The position numbers and the translations under genes were made by a program. Below are positions 39,098 to 47,569 of a stretch of DNA of 64,000 nt, piece after piece (position 1 is the stretch's first letter; every line of letters begins with the position of its first letter). The notes below the pieces were generated by a model. The model was not told the origin of the DNA, did no database searches, and saw only the letters and a program-made list of their open reading frames with translations. The DNA comes from an uncultured virus (IMG/VR IMGVR_UViG_3300037418_002259) (Duplodnaviria; Heunggongvirae; Uroviricota; Caudoviricetes). The DNA lies in the IMG/VR virus record IMGVR_UViG_3300037418_002259; one strand, written 5' to 3'.

Positions 39098-40119
39098 GCG
39101 GCGGCATGAGGAAGCGACACACACCGTTCGTCCAGATCGACTCCAAGAGCGTCAACAACCCGGACCTCTCGCTGCGTTCGATCGGTCTGTTGGCATGGCT
39201 ACTCGACAAGCCGGAAGGCTGGGACGTTCGCAGCGAAGCCATCACGAAGAAGACGAAGGAAGGCCGTGCGGCGATCCGGACGGCACTTCACGAGCTGGCC
39301 GCAGTCGGGCACTACCGCATCGAGCGGCGGCGGCTGCGGAACGGAAAGTTCGAGATGGGCACTGCGGTCTCGTACTACCCCGACCCGGACTGGGCCGCAC
39401 AGTACGCCGAATTCGACGGCAAGCCGGTCACGATGATCGAGCAGCAAGACGGCTCGTTCAAGGTGAAGCACAAGGACGGAACCCTCGCCGATGACGGCTT
39501 CGAGGAGGACGTTTTCGCAGGTCAGACCGAAGACCAGAAACCGGACTCCGGTTTTCCGGTCGCCGGTGAACCGGACTTCGGTGAACCGGATTCCGAAGAT
39601 CCGGAGTCCGGGCGCCCGTCTGCCATTAACAGAACACACACCGAAGACAGAGAGACAGAACCGACTTCATCGACAAGCGATGAAGTCGCGCCGGACTCCG
39701 AGCAGCCGACGCTGATCTCCGTTACCGGTGGCGCGAGTTCGACACGCGCCACCGACGGCCAGCAGCCGGAGGTGCCAACCGCCGAGACGATCGCCAAGGG
39801 CTGGTGGGACTACTACCAGGCGAACTACGGGCAGATCACCCGAGTCGGCACCGGGAGCCCCTTCGTCGCGCTCCGCGACAAGATCATCCAGCCCGCGCTC
39901 GACGGCGACTGGACGCCGGACGAGATCAAGTGGGCTCTGATGCGCCCGGCGACCGGCGACGGGATCCCCGACGCCGTACCCGACAAGCAGCGCTTCCAGC
40001 GCGCGCTCGCCGCCGTCCGCAAGGGCGCGCCCGCGCCCGGCCAGCAGCGCGCCGCAAGCAACGTTCACCACATGCCGGTCAACGACCCCGACCGGCAAGC
40101 GCGCGCAGGCGCGTTCTAG
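39094..40119 (+). CDS. replication initiator (HTH, lambda O-like organisation)
   Basis: F.QI....NPDLS.R.IGLL.WLL.KP.GW...EG..A.R.AL.EL motif; followed by a loader ATPase. Confidence 0.75.
   Translation: MSGGMRKRHTPFVQIDSKSVNNPDLSLRSIGLLAWLLDKPEGWDVRSEAITKKTKEGRAAIRTALHELAAVGHYRIERRRLRNGKFEMGTAVSYYPDPDWAAQYAEFDGKPVTMIEQQDGSFKVKHKDGTLADDGFEEDVFAGQTEDQKPDSGFPVAGEPDFGEPDSEDPESGRPSAINRTHTEDRETEPTSSTSDEVAPDSEQPTLISVTGGASSTRATDGQQPEVPTAETIAKGWWDYYQANYGQITRVGTGSPFVALRDKIIQPALDGDWTPDEIKWALMRPATGDGIPDAVPDKQRFQRALAAVRKGAPAPGQQRAASNVHHMPVNDPDRQARAGAF
39541..39660. repeat. putative replication origin: five CCGG-N3-YCGR units at exact 15-bp period plus an A-rich tract
   Basis: Units start at 39541, 39556, 39571, 39586 and 39601; A-rich tract at 39624-39660. 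Confidence 0.6.
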
Positions 40120-40138
40120 TCCCGAAGAGCAGCGGGAC
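40119..40138 (+). promoter_or_regulatory. AAGAGCAG-loop hairpin before the loader RBS
   Basis: gtcccg-AAGAGCAG-cgggac followed by AGGAGAC. Confidence 0.7.
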
Positions 40139-40155
40139 GGATAGGAGACCACCAG

Positions 40156-40878
40156 ATGTCAGCAGCACCCGTAGATCCACCGGAGGCCCCGCGCATCAAG
40201 CGCGCGGGCGCGTCCGATGTCGCGCGCCTTCTGCGCGGCATGCCGCCCGAGGCGCACGAGTGGGCGGCGCGCGCCAACTTCGATTTCGCCGACGCGGAGA
40301 CCCCCGAGGAGAAGCGCGCGCGCGTCGCGGACGCGCTTGCCGCGCGCGGGCGCAAGTGGGAGGCGCGCGTCCCGTCCAAGTTCCGCGACTCGCGCCTCGA
40401 CCGTCTCAGGCCCGAGCAGCACCCCGACAAGGTGCGCGCGTGGCTCGCGAGCGACAGCCCGACCCTGGTGCTCGCGTCCGGCATCACGGGCAACGGCAAG
40501 ACAGACGCCGCGTACGCGCTCGGATGGGCCGTGCACGAGGCCGGCCAGTGGGCCAGCGCGTGGACCATGGCCGACTTGAACGCCGCGCTCCGCCCGTCCG
40601 GCGAGCACGAGCCCGACGCCTGGCACACCGTGACCACGTGCGACCTCCTGATCATCGACGACCTCGGCACCGAGCGCCGTACCGACTGGACGGGGGAGCA
40701 GCTGCACCGGCTGTTCGACACCCGCGGCCGCGAGCGTCGCCGCACCGTGGTCACCACGAACCTGACCAGCGCGGAGGTCGAGGAACGGTACGACTCGCGT
40801 GTCGCCGACCGGCTCCTGGACGACTCGATGGCGATCCGCTTCACCGGCCAGTCGATGCGGAAGCCGCGCGCATGGTGA
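40156..40878 (+). CDS. DnaC/IstB-like AAA+ helicase loader
   Basis: GITGNGKT Walker A, LLIIDDLG Walker B, TTNL, RVADRL. Confidence 0.88.
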   Translation: MSAAPVDPPEAPRIKRAGASDVARLLRGMPPEAHEWAARANFDFADAETPEEKRARVADALAARGRKWEARVPSKFRDSRLDRLRPEQHPDKVRAWLASDSPTLVLASGITGNGKTDAAYALGWAVHEAGQWASAWTMADLNAALRPSGEHEPDAWHTVTTCDLLIIDDLGTERRTDWTGEQLHRLFDTRGRERRRTVVTTNLTSAEVEERYDSRVADRLLDDSMAIRFTGQSMRKPRAW

Positions 40879-41102
40879 CCGGGCAGGACTGGGGCAGGTA
40901 CGCCGAGCACGCGGCGCGTGTGGCCTACGAGAGCGGCTGTCCGGTGTGGTCGTGGGATCGGTTGTCGGACGCGGAGCGCGCGCCGCGGATCCGGCGGATG
41001 CGGGACGCGCTCGTGGCGGTTGGTCCGCTGATCGCTGAAGAGGCGCGGGATCGTCTCGTTGCGGCTGCGGCGCGGGTCGTCGAGCGCGAGTCCCGGCCGT
41101 GA
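40872..41102 (+). CDS. hypothetical protein
   Basis: Overlaps the loader stop codon. Confidence 0.5.
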   Translation: MVTGQDWGRYAEHAARVAYESGCPVWSWDRLSDAERAPRIRRMRDALVAVGPLIAEEARDRLVAAAARVVERESRP

Positions 41103-41107
41103 CGGCT

Positions 41108-41141
41108 CGACGCGACGCTAAGCAGGTGGTCGGTCTAGCGT
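41108..41141 (+). promoter_or_regulatory. class-A promoter (rtcB unit)
   Basis: CGACGCGACGCTAA-N14-TAGCGT. Confidence 0.75.
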
Positions 41142-41149
41142 CCGCCGTT

Positions 41150-41437
41150 ATGACCCAGGACGAGTACGAGGCCACCATCAGCGCCGAGCGGACGTTCGGG
41201 CGGATCCAGGTGCACCAGCAGTTCCGGGCACTCGCCCGCGAACTCGGGCTGCCGGCCGACTGCTCGCTTCCGGCCGAGGTGAACCGCAGGTTGCCGCGCT
41301 GGTACGTCGACCCGGAAGCGGTCCGGAAGGAACGCTGGGAGGCCGACAAGCGCGAGATGCGGATCCACTACCTGTACGGCGAACTGGCCGTGGTCGAGCG
41401 TCCGCTCTCGGATCTGCGATACCTCACCGTCGCCTGA
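41150..41437 (+). CDS. hypothetical protein (probably leaderless)
   Basis: ATG 8 nt after a class-A -10. Confidence 0.6.
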   Translation: MTQDEYEATISAERTFGRIQVHQQFRALARELGLPADCSLPAEVNRRLPRWYVDPEAVRKERWEADKREMRIHYLYGELAVVERPLSDLRYLTVA

Positions 41438-41505
41438 TCCTCGCGACGACTCACCCCTGAAACTCGATCGAACGATCGCCCGACCCCGGGCAGCATGGAG
41501 CAACC

Positions 41506-42687
41506 ATGATCACTGAACTGCGCGACGGTGCACACCCTGTCAAGCTCTGGACCCAGGCGGACGACGTCGAGGACGTCGCCCTGGCCCAGCTCCGCAACAT
41601 CGCGAACCTGCCGTACATCCACAAGCACGTCGCGGTCATGCCCGACGTCCACTACGGCAAGGGCGCGACAGTCGGCAGCGTGATCGCGATGAAGGACGCG
41701 GTCTCGCCGGCCGCCGTCGGCGTCGACATCGGCTGCGGCATGGCCGCCGTACGCACCAACCTCACCAGCGCCGACCTCCCTGACGACCTCGGCGCGCTGC
41801 GGTCCGCGGTCGAGGCCGCTATCCCGGTCGGGTTCAACATGCACGACCGGCCGGTGGACTTCGAGCGGGGCAACCCTGGTGCACCCGGCACCGAGCACTG
41901 GTTCGCTATGGAGCGTCTGCACCCGAACGTCCAGAAGGACGCTGGCCGGGCCGCCCGCCAGGTCGGAACGCTTGGCTCGGGCAACCACTTCATCGAGCTG
42001 TGCCTCGACACGCAGGACAGGGTGTGGCTGATGCTGCACTCCGGCAGCCGGCACATCGGCAAGGTCATCGCCGACGCGCACATCAAGATCGCGAAGGAAC
42101 TCCCGCACAACGCCGACCTACCGGACCTCGACCTCGCGGTGTTCCTCGCAAACACCCCGGAGATGAAGGCGTACCGGCACGACCTCGACTGGGCGCAGCA
42201 GTACGCGATGAACAACCGCACCACCATGCTTCGCCTGTACAAGCAGGTGATGCGGCAGTTCTTCCCCACGTTCACGTCCGAGTTCGAGGTGAACGCCCAC
42301 CACAACTACGTCTCCGAAGAGAACCACTACGGCACGAACGTGCTCGTCACCCGCAAGGGCGCGATCTCCGCCGACGTAGGCCAGTACGGCATCATCCCCG
42401 GCTCGATGGGGACCCGGTCGTACATCGTGAAGGGACTCGGCAACCCTGAGTCGTTCCGGTCGGCCAGCCACGGAGCCGGCCGCCGCATGTCTCGCAACAA
42501 GGCGAAGAAGATGTTCACTGCCGACGACCTGGCCGAGCAGACCAAGGGCGTCGAGTGCCGCAAGGACGCGGGCGTGGTCGACGAGATCCCGGCCGCGTAC
42601 AAGGACATCGAGCAGGTCATGGCCAACCAGGCGGACTTGGTGACCGTCGAGGCGGAACTCCGCCAGGTCATGTGCGTGAAGGGCTGA
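41506..42687 (+). CDS. rtcB: RtcB RNA 3'-phosphate/5'-OH ligase
   Basis: MPDVH.G, VGVDIGCG, GSGNHFIE, HSGSR, HNY, HGAGR and terminal VKG. Confidence 0.95.
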   Translation: MITELRDGAHPVKLWTQADDVEDVALAQLRNIANLPYIHKHVAVMPDVHYGKGATVGSVIAMKDAVSPAAVGVDIGCGMAAVRTNLTSADLPDDLGALRSAVEAAIPVGFNMHDRPVDFERGNPGAPGTEHWFAMERLHPNVQKDAGRAARQVGTLGSGNHFIELCLDTQDRVWLMLHSGSRHIGKVIADAHIKIAKELPHNADLPDLDLAVFLANTPEMKAYRHDLDWAQQYAMNNRTTMLRLYKQVMRQFFPTFTSEFEVNAHHNYVSEENHYGTNVLVTRKGAISADVGQYGIIPGSMGTRSYIVKGLGNPESFRSASHGAGRRMSRNKAKKMFTADDLAEQTKGVECRKDAGVVDEIPAAYKDIEQVMANQADLVTVEAELRQVMCVKG

Positions 42688-42714
42688 CCATCCGGGCGTC
42701 GCGGCGGAACCTGC

Positions 42715-42772
42715 CGCCGCGACGCTAACCACAACCACACAGCAGCATCAGGACCGGAAGAGCAGCCGGTCC
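42715..42772 (+). promoter_or_regulatory. class-A promoter plus AAGAGCAG hairpin
   Basis: CGCCGCGACGCTAA-N14-CAGCAT; hairpin at 42751-72. Confidence 0.65.
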
Positions 42773-42788
42773 GGCTAGGAGACCAACC

Positions 42789-42878
42789 ATGATCCACATC
42801 TACGCGCGCAGTGTCCGGGACTTCGTCCTGGAAGCCGCGCACGCCCTGGTCGAGATCGCCACCAGGTGGCCGCGGTGA
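42789..42878 (+). CDS. 29-aa peptide (not in the ORF track)
   Basis: Hairpin plus AGGAGAC RBS; GTGA coupling to the next gene. Confidence 0.55.
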   Translation: MIHIYARSVRDFVLEAAHALVEIATRWPR

Positions 42879-43474
42879 ACCGGTGCCGCGACTGCGGCGG
42901 CGGATTCCCCGGCGACGTACCCGACGATGAGGTCTGCGACTGCGGATCGCAGTGGGCGAAACCCCAACAGCCAAAGGGGTTACGGCGGAAGACGCCGCTC
43001 AAGCAGACCAGCGGGCTGAAGCGCGGCGGCCCGATGAAGCGGGGGAGCGGGCTGAAGCGCGGCGCGCCGATCGCCCGGACGCCGGCCGCCGCGAAGAAGG
43101 CCACCCCGAAGCGGGAACGGCCCGGCACAGACGACATTCCGCTGCCGGTACGGCGGATCGTGCTCGCCCGCTGCAAGGGCCGCTGCGAGGCGTGCGGCGA
43201 GGATCTCGGCGACGGACCGACCCACATGCACCACAGGAAGCGCCGTACCCGCCTGAACCACACCCCGGACAACATCGTCGCGCTGCACCCGACCTGCCAC
43301 GTCCTCGCGCCCCAGGCGGTCCACCAGCGGCCGACGTGGGCGCGCGAGCGCGGGCTGATCGTCCGCAGCGGGGCAGACCCGGCCACGACGCCGCTGCTGC
43401 TGGCCGATGGGCGCAGGGTGCTGCTCGATCCGGACGGGCCGACGTACCTGCCCGCGCCAGCCGTAGCCGCGTGA
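42875..43474 (+). CDS. HNH-like nuclease domain protein
   Basis: GRCEACG..HHRKRR...N...L..CH. Confidence 0.65.
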   Translation: MNRCRDCGGGFPGDVPDDEVCDCGSQWAKPQQPKGLRRKTPLKQTSGLKRGGPMKRGSGLKRGAPIARTPAAAKKATPKRERPGTDDIPLPVRRIVLARCKGRCEACGEDLGDGPTHMHHRKRRTRLNHTPDNIVALHPTCHVLAPQAVHQRPTWARERGLIVRSGADPATTPLLLADGRRVLLDPDGPTYLPAPAVAA

Positions 43475-43497
43475 TCCCGGTGCCCTAAACTGTCGTC

Positions 43498-43718
43498 CGC
43501 TCGACTGGTAGGAGTGCTCCCCGCCTGAGAGAAGCCGTAGCTCCGCGGGGTACCGGTGGTTCTCGGCCCGGCCCGCGGAGTCGCGCACCTGAAGGTAGTA
43601 CGATCGCCCCAGACTCGGGCGGCCAACCCAGCGCCCACCCGTAGGTCGCTCGTTCAGCTCGACCGACGGTGGCGCAACGCCGAAGCCCCGGCCTTCCAGG
43701 AGGGAGGCCGGGGCTTCG
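43498..43718 (+). ncRNA. candidate ~220-nt structured RNA ending in a terminator
   Basis: -10 TAAACT at 43486-91; nested stems; no credible ORF. Confidence 0.4.
43681..43718. terminator. strong hairpin between convergent units
   Basis: cgaagccccggccttcc/gggaggccggggcttcg. Confidence 0.75.
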
Positions 43719-43732
43719 TGCTACGTCTGGGG

Positions 43733-43966
43733 TCAGGCGGGCATGCTCTCGCCGTTGAGTACCCGGTAGTACATGCCGTTGGACTGCCGGATCTCCCGGC
43801 CGCGTTTCTCCAGTTCGCGCGCCACCTGCTGCACGGCGGCGTTCCAGTAGTCGTGCTGGTCCGCAGGCATCCCGTCAGGGACCTTCAACTGTGCGGCCAG
43901 CTCGGACGCTTCCTGCCAGACACCGGCCTCACCGGTCGGGTCGTACGGCGACGGGTTCAGCGCCAT
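43733..43966 (-). CDS. hypothetical protein
   Basis: Starts immediately after the GNAT stop codon. Confidence 0.6.
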   Translation of the reverse strand: MALNPSPYDPTGEAGVWQEASELAAQLKVPDGMPADQHDYWNAAVQQVARELEKRGREIRQSNGMYYRVLNGESMPA

Positions 43967-43967
43967 G

Positions 43968-44567
43968 TCACACCGCCGCCGAGCGCGGGGGAGTAGCGAA
44001 CACGTGCTCTTCGAGATCGGTCATGTCTACCAGGGTGACACGGGCCGGCACTGCAAGCCGAGTCTCTGCGATCCGCTCGAACAGGGCACCGGAGTCCCGG
44101 CCCTCGGCGCGCCGGTTGTCTACCTCGTAGAACCCGCGACGACGGTAGTACTCGTGCAGGCCGGTGTTGGTGCGGTGGCAGTCGAGCCGCAGGTACAGCC
44201 CGCCGGCGAGTTCAGCCTGGTAGCAGGCCCAGTCGAGCAGTACGTCGCCGAGCCCGGTGCCGCGCGCGGTCGGGCCGGTGATGAACTTGTACAGGTACGA
44301 CGCGGGCTGTGCGAGTTCCCGCTCGGTCCAGAAATCGGGGTCGCCGGCACCGAGGGCGAACGCCGCCACGACGTCGCCGGGCTCGTCCTCGACGACGAAG
44401 CTGCGACTGTTCTCGAAGTGCTGCTTGATGATCCGGTCACCGGTCTCAGAACTCGTCCACTGCGGGATCCCGGCAGTCGCTAGCCACTGCTCGGCGTACC
44501 GGCGAAGCGCGATGACAGCGTCCAAGTCCTCGGGGTTGCTCCAACGGATTCGGTAGGTGTACGTCAT
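43968..44567 (-). CDS. GNAT-family acetyltransferase
   Basis: RGTGLG acetyl-CoA motif; LRLDC...N..L..YY...GF. Confidence 0.85.
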   Translation of the reverse strand: MTYTYRIRWSNPEDLDAVIALRRYAEQWLATAGIPQWTSSETGDRIIKQHFENSRSFVVEDEPGDVVAAFALGAGDPDFWTERELAQPASYLYKFITGPTARGTGLGDVLLDWACYQAELAGGLYLRLDCHRTNTGLHEYYRRRGFYEVDNRRAEGRDSGALFERIAETRLAVPARVTLVDMTDLEEHVFATPPRSAAV

Positions 44568-45421
44568 CGTTCGCTCCCTGTGCTCGTAGGGCTGCTCGGT
44601 GGTAGACGCCGCTCGGGTACGGGCATCTGGTAGGTGATGACCTGCTTGTCCCCGGCCCAGATCTGCACGAGGACACGGACCCGGCGACCGGACTGGTCGA
44701 CGCCGACACGGGCGTGGCGACCGACCGGGGTGCCGGGCAGAAGGCCCATGACCGTGACCTCTTCGTCGGTCGGCATCTCGGCCTCGATGAAGTCGAGGAA
44801 CTGCACCTGGCGGAAGCCGAGCGCGTGGTAGATGCCGCCCGGCAGGGTGACGTCGTCGGGGGACAGGAGCGGCGCGACGCCGTCGACGGTCATCTCGGCG
44901 ATGTCGTACGGAGTCCAGGTGTCGGCGATCATCGCGAGCACCCAGTCGATTCCCTGGTCGGGGTTGGACACGTACCTGAGCCGGCGTCGCCGTACGACGT
45001 CCTGCCCGATCGGGATCTGGAGCCACTCGGCGACTTTCTTGGGTGCGGGGAGCACCTCGACGCCGTCGACGACTTGGCGGGGCACCCACCCGGCTGCCTC
45101 GACGCCCTGCTTCCACTGGTCGCGGCCCGCGGTCGGGTCGTCGGTGTACGCGCCCAGCTCGAACTTGGACATGGAGAACTCGATCCGGATCCGGTTGCGC
45201 ACGGTTCGGCCGCCGCGCCCGGGTCCGCTCGACGCGACCAGCCCGGCCTGTTCCAGTTCGCTCAACGCTCGCCGGACGGTGCCGCGCGACACGCCGTACT
45301 GCTCGACCAGTTCGGGCTCTGTCGGGACCCGGGAGCCCGGCGTCAGTACGTCGCGCTCGATCTGGTCCCGCAGGTCCTCGTAGATGGTCTGCCAGCGTGC
45401 ATCAGGCGTCACAGCGGTCAC
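44564..45421 (-). CDS. GntR/HutC-family repressor with UTRA domain (KorSA/KorA-like)
   Basis: wHTH P.E.EL...YGVSRGTVRRAL..L...GL; C-terminal UTRA-like domain; divergent from the transfer genes. Confidence 0.88.
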   Translation of the reverse strand: MTAVTPDARWQTIYEDLRDQIERDVLTPGSRVPTEPELVEQYGVSRGTVRRALSELEQAGLVASSGPGRGGRTVRNRIRIEFSMSKFELGAYTDDPTAGRDQWKQGVEAAGWVPRQVVDGVEVLPAPKKVAEWLQIPIGQDVVRRRRLRYVSNPDQGIDWVLAMIADTWTPYDIAEMTVDGVAPLLSPDDVTLPGGIYHALGFRQVQFLDFIEAEMPTDEEVTVMGLLPGTPVGRHARVGVDQSGRRVRVLVQIWAGDKQVITYQMPVPERRLPPSSPTSTGSER

Positions 45422-45489
45422 ATGTCCTCTCGATCCGTCCAGTTACGTCGAGACGTTACCGGGCTTAGGTCGGCACGTATCCCGTTCTC

Positions 45490-45560
45490 CGAGATCGTAC
45501 GTGACAAACGTCTGTACGTTCCGTACTGTCGTACATACGTTACACGCGCAACGCGTGTAG
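45490..45560. promoter_or_regulatory. divergent promoter region with GTAC-rich putative GntR operators
   Basis: AT-richer stretch with four GTAC copies (CGTACG, GTCTGTAC, GTACATAC). Confidence 0.5.
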
Positions 45561-45605
45561 TGACCATCGGTTAGGAAGGCGCGAGTCGCCGGGAAGGACG
45601 TCCAG

Positions 45606-45935
45606 ATGACCGTTGCGTCCGTAACCCCGCTCGGGTCGGCTCGTGGCCGCAAGCCACGCAAGCCCGAGCGACAGATGGCCGGTGCCAGCAAGCGGCTGCG
45701 CGAGACGCTCGCCAAGGCGACCACGCCGGGGCACGTCGTTGCCGCCGGCCTGGACTACCTGCGGATCGCGCTGGCCATCACCGCCCGCACCGACCCCAAA
45801 GCCGCGAGCCGGGTGGCGTGGCAGATCCACAACGAACTGGTCGCGCACGCCGACAGCCTCATCGCAGGCAAGCAAACCTCGAACACGGCAGAGCCCGTGC
45901 TCCGTTCCACTCCGCTCCGGGAAGGGAGCAACTGA
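45606..45935 (+). CDS. hypothetical protein, first gene of the transfer operon
   Basis: RBS GAAGGA. Confidence 0.65.
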   Translation: MTVASVTPLGSARGRKPRKPERQMAGASKRLRETLAKATTPGHVVAAGLDYLRIALAITARTDPKAASRVAWQIHNELVAHADSLIAGKQTSNTAEPVLRSTPLREGSN

Positions 45936-45936
45936 T

Positions 45937-46389
45937 ATGGGCGCAGTGTCCTGGATTCTCATGGTCGTCTTCGGGTTCGCGGCGATGTTCGCGATGCAGT
46001 TCACACCCAACTGGGCCGACTTCATCCTCGTCCGTCTCGCCGGGTTCTCGTTCATCGGAGCCGGAATGATCGGAGCCTCCGGATGGGTAGGCGACATCAT
46101 CAACGGCACACTCGGCGCGCTGTTCCGCGCCATTAACGGCGTGACGTCGAACGCGTTCGGAACCGGCGTCGCTTGGATCCTGGCCGCCGCCATCGCGTTC
46201 CTGTGGATCGGCGGCATGCTGCCTGACCGCTTGTTCTCCTACGACCCGCCTGACTGGCTGGTCATCGCCGGAATCATCGTTCCGGCCCTTGTCGCGATGG
46301 TTCCTGGCAAGGCAGGCACAGCGGCTAACACCGTCATCACCCTGGGCGGGCAGACCGTCACTAGCTGGGTTGGAGGGATCTTCTCCTAA
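45937..46389 (+). CDS. multi-TM membrane protein (transfer/spread accessory)
   Basis: About four hydrophobic segments; RBS AGGGAG. Confidence 0.7.
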   Translation: MGAVSWILMVVFGFAAMFAMQFTPNWADFILVRLAGFSFIGAGMIGASGWVGDIINGTLGALFRAINGVTSNAFGTGVAWILAAAIAFLWIGGMLPDRLFSYDPPDWLVIAGIIVPALVAMVPGKAGTAANTVITLGGQTVTSWVGGIFS

Positions 46390-47471
46390 TGGAAATCATC
46401 ATCGCCTGTCTCATCGCCTACGCGCTGGTGTCCCCGGACCGGGCATCCCTCGCACTCACCCGCGGTCTGTTCGGTATGGCGCGCGGCGCAGCGACCGGCA
46501 AGCCGACGAAGAAGAGCAAGCCGTCGCCGCGCCGCCGCGCGATGCTCGATGGCTGGCGCGAAGGCAAAGCCGCCGCACGCGAGCGCCGCGAAGCCGGCAA
46601 GGACCTGTGGAGCCGCGGAACGCGCCTCGGCGGCCGTGTCGTTGGCGGCACAGGAAGTCTCGCGCGCGGCATCAAGGGCACCGTCGATGCGCGCCGGGGC
46701 AACGCGAGCGACGCGTCAACCGCTGTGGTCGACGAGGACGGCAAGCCCGTGACTGCGCCGGACAGCGACCCGGCCGAACCGGCTGGCCCGAGCGTCATCC
46801 GCCGCTGTTCCGAGTGTGGCGGCGAACTGGCGACCGTCGGTCAGATCTGCCCGGCATGTCTGGCCAAGCAGCAGCAACGCGACCAGAGCCACGACAAGCC
46901 GGGCGTCATGGTCCTGAACCCCGACGACCCGTTCGGGCCGCCTGCGTACGAGGGCGACCCCGAGCAGGCACACAACAAGTTGGAGCCCGGCACCTACGCG
47001 ACGACCGACCCCGATCAAGCCCTGGTCGTCACCGACGACACCAGCGTGCTTCAGCGCAGGGAGCCCGCAGCCCCCCTCGATGAGCCGCAGCCCACCACCA
47101 CCGGCAACACCACCTCACCGAATGGAGCACCACCCATGTCAATCGCCACGACCGACCTGCAGAACATCGACGAGCTGGACCGGGAGATCAAGACCGTCCA
47201 GGGCGCTTTCGAAGGCGTCATGGAGGCGATGGAGGTCCTGCGCAAGTACGGGATCAACCTCCCCGAGCGTATGGCCGCCGCGCCCTGGGGCACCGCTGGC
47301 ATCGACCGGGCCGTCATGACCATGGCCGAGACGGTCGGGCAACTGAAGATGCCTGAGGTCTTGGAGGCCATCGGCGGCATCAAGTCCGAGATCGCGAAGG
47401 CGCGCGGTGTGGGTGAGGTCGCCGCCACCGTCAAGGCCCGCGGCAAGGTCGAAGCGCTGCAGGGCAGCTAG
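46389..47471 (+). CDS. transfer-associated protein with zinc ribbon and helical C-terminus
   Basis: TAATG coupling; N-terminal TM; CSECG..CPAC; possible internal start near 47136. Confidence 0.6.
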   Translation: MEIIIACLIAYALVSPDRASLALTRGLFGMARGAATGKPTKKSKPSPRRRAMLDGWREGKAAARERREAGKDLWSRGTRLGGRVVGGTGSLARGIKGTVDARRGNASDASTAVVDEDGKPVTAPDSDPAEPAGPSVIRRCSECGGELATVGQICPACLAKQQQRDQSHDKPGVMVLNPDDPFGPPAYEGDPEQAHNKLEPGTYATTDPDQALVVTDDTSVLQRREPAAPLDEPQPTTTGNTTSPNGAPPMSIATTDLQNIDELDREIKTVQGAFEGVMEAMEVLRKYGINLPERMAAAPWGTAGIDRAVMTMAETVGQLKMPEVLEAIGGIKSEIAKARGVGEVAATVKARGKVEALQGS

Positions 47472-47569
47472 CAACAGGTGGTTCCGGCCCCCACGCAGGT
47501 AGGCATCGGCGTCATGGCCGAGCCGGAACACAACGATCACCGAGAACCGCGCCTGAGAGGAGAACGCCG

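Noticed and set aside
40124..40130. GAAGAGC as a restriction-site (SapI-type) signal
   Set aside because: Variant loops (ACGAGCAC, ATGAGCAC) lose the site but keep the stem and position.
45230..45238. CGACGCGAC as an 18th class-A promoter
   Set aside because: It lies inside the GntR gene and lacks the TAA and a properly spaced -10.
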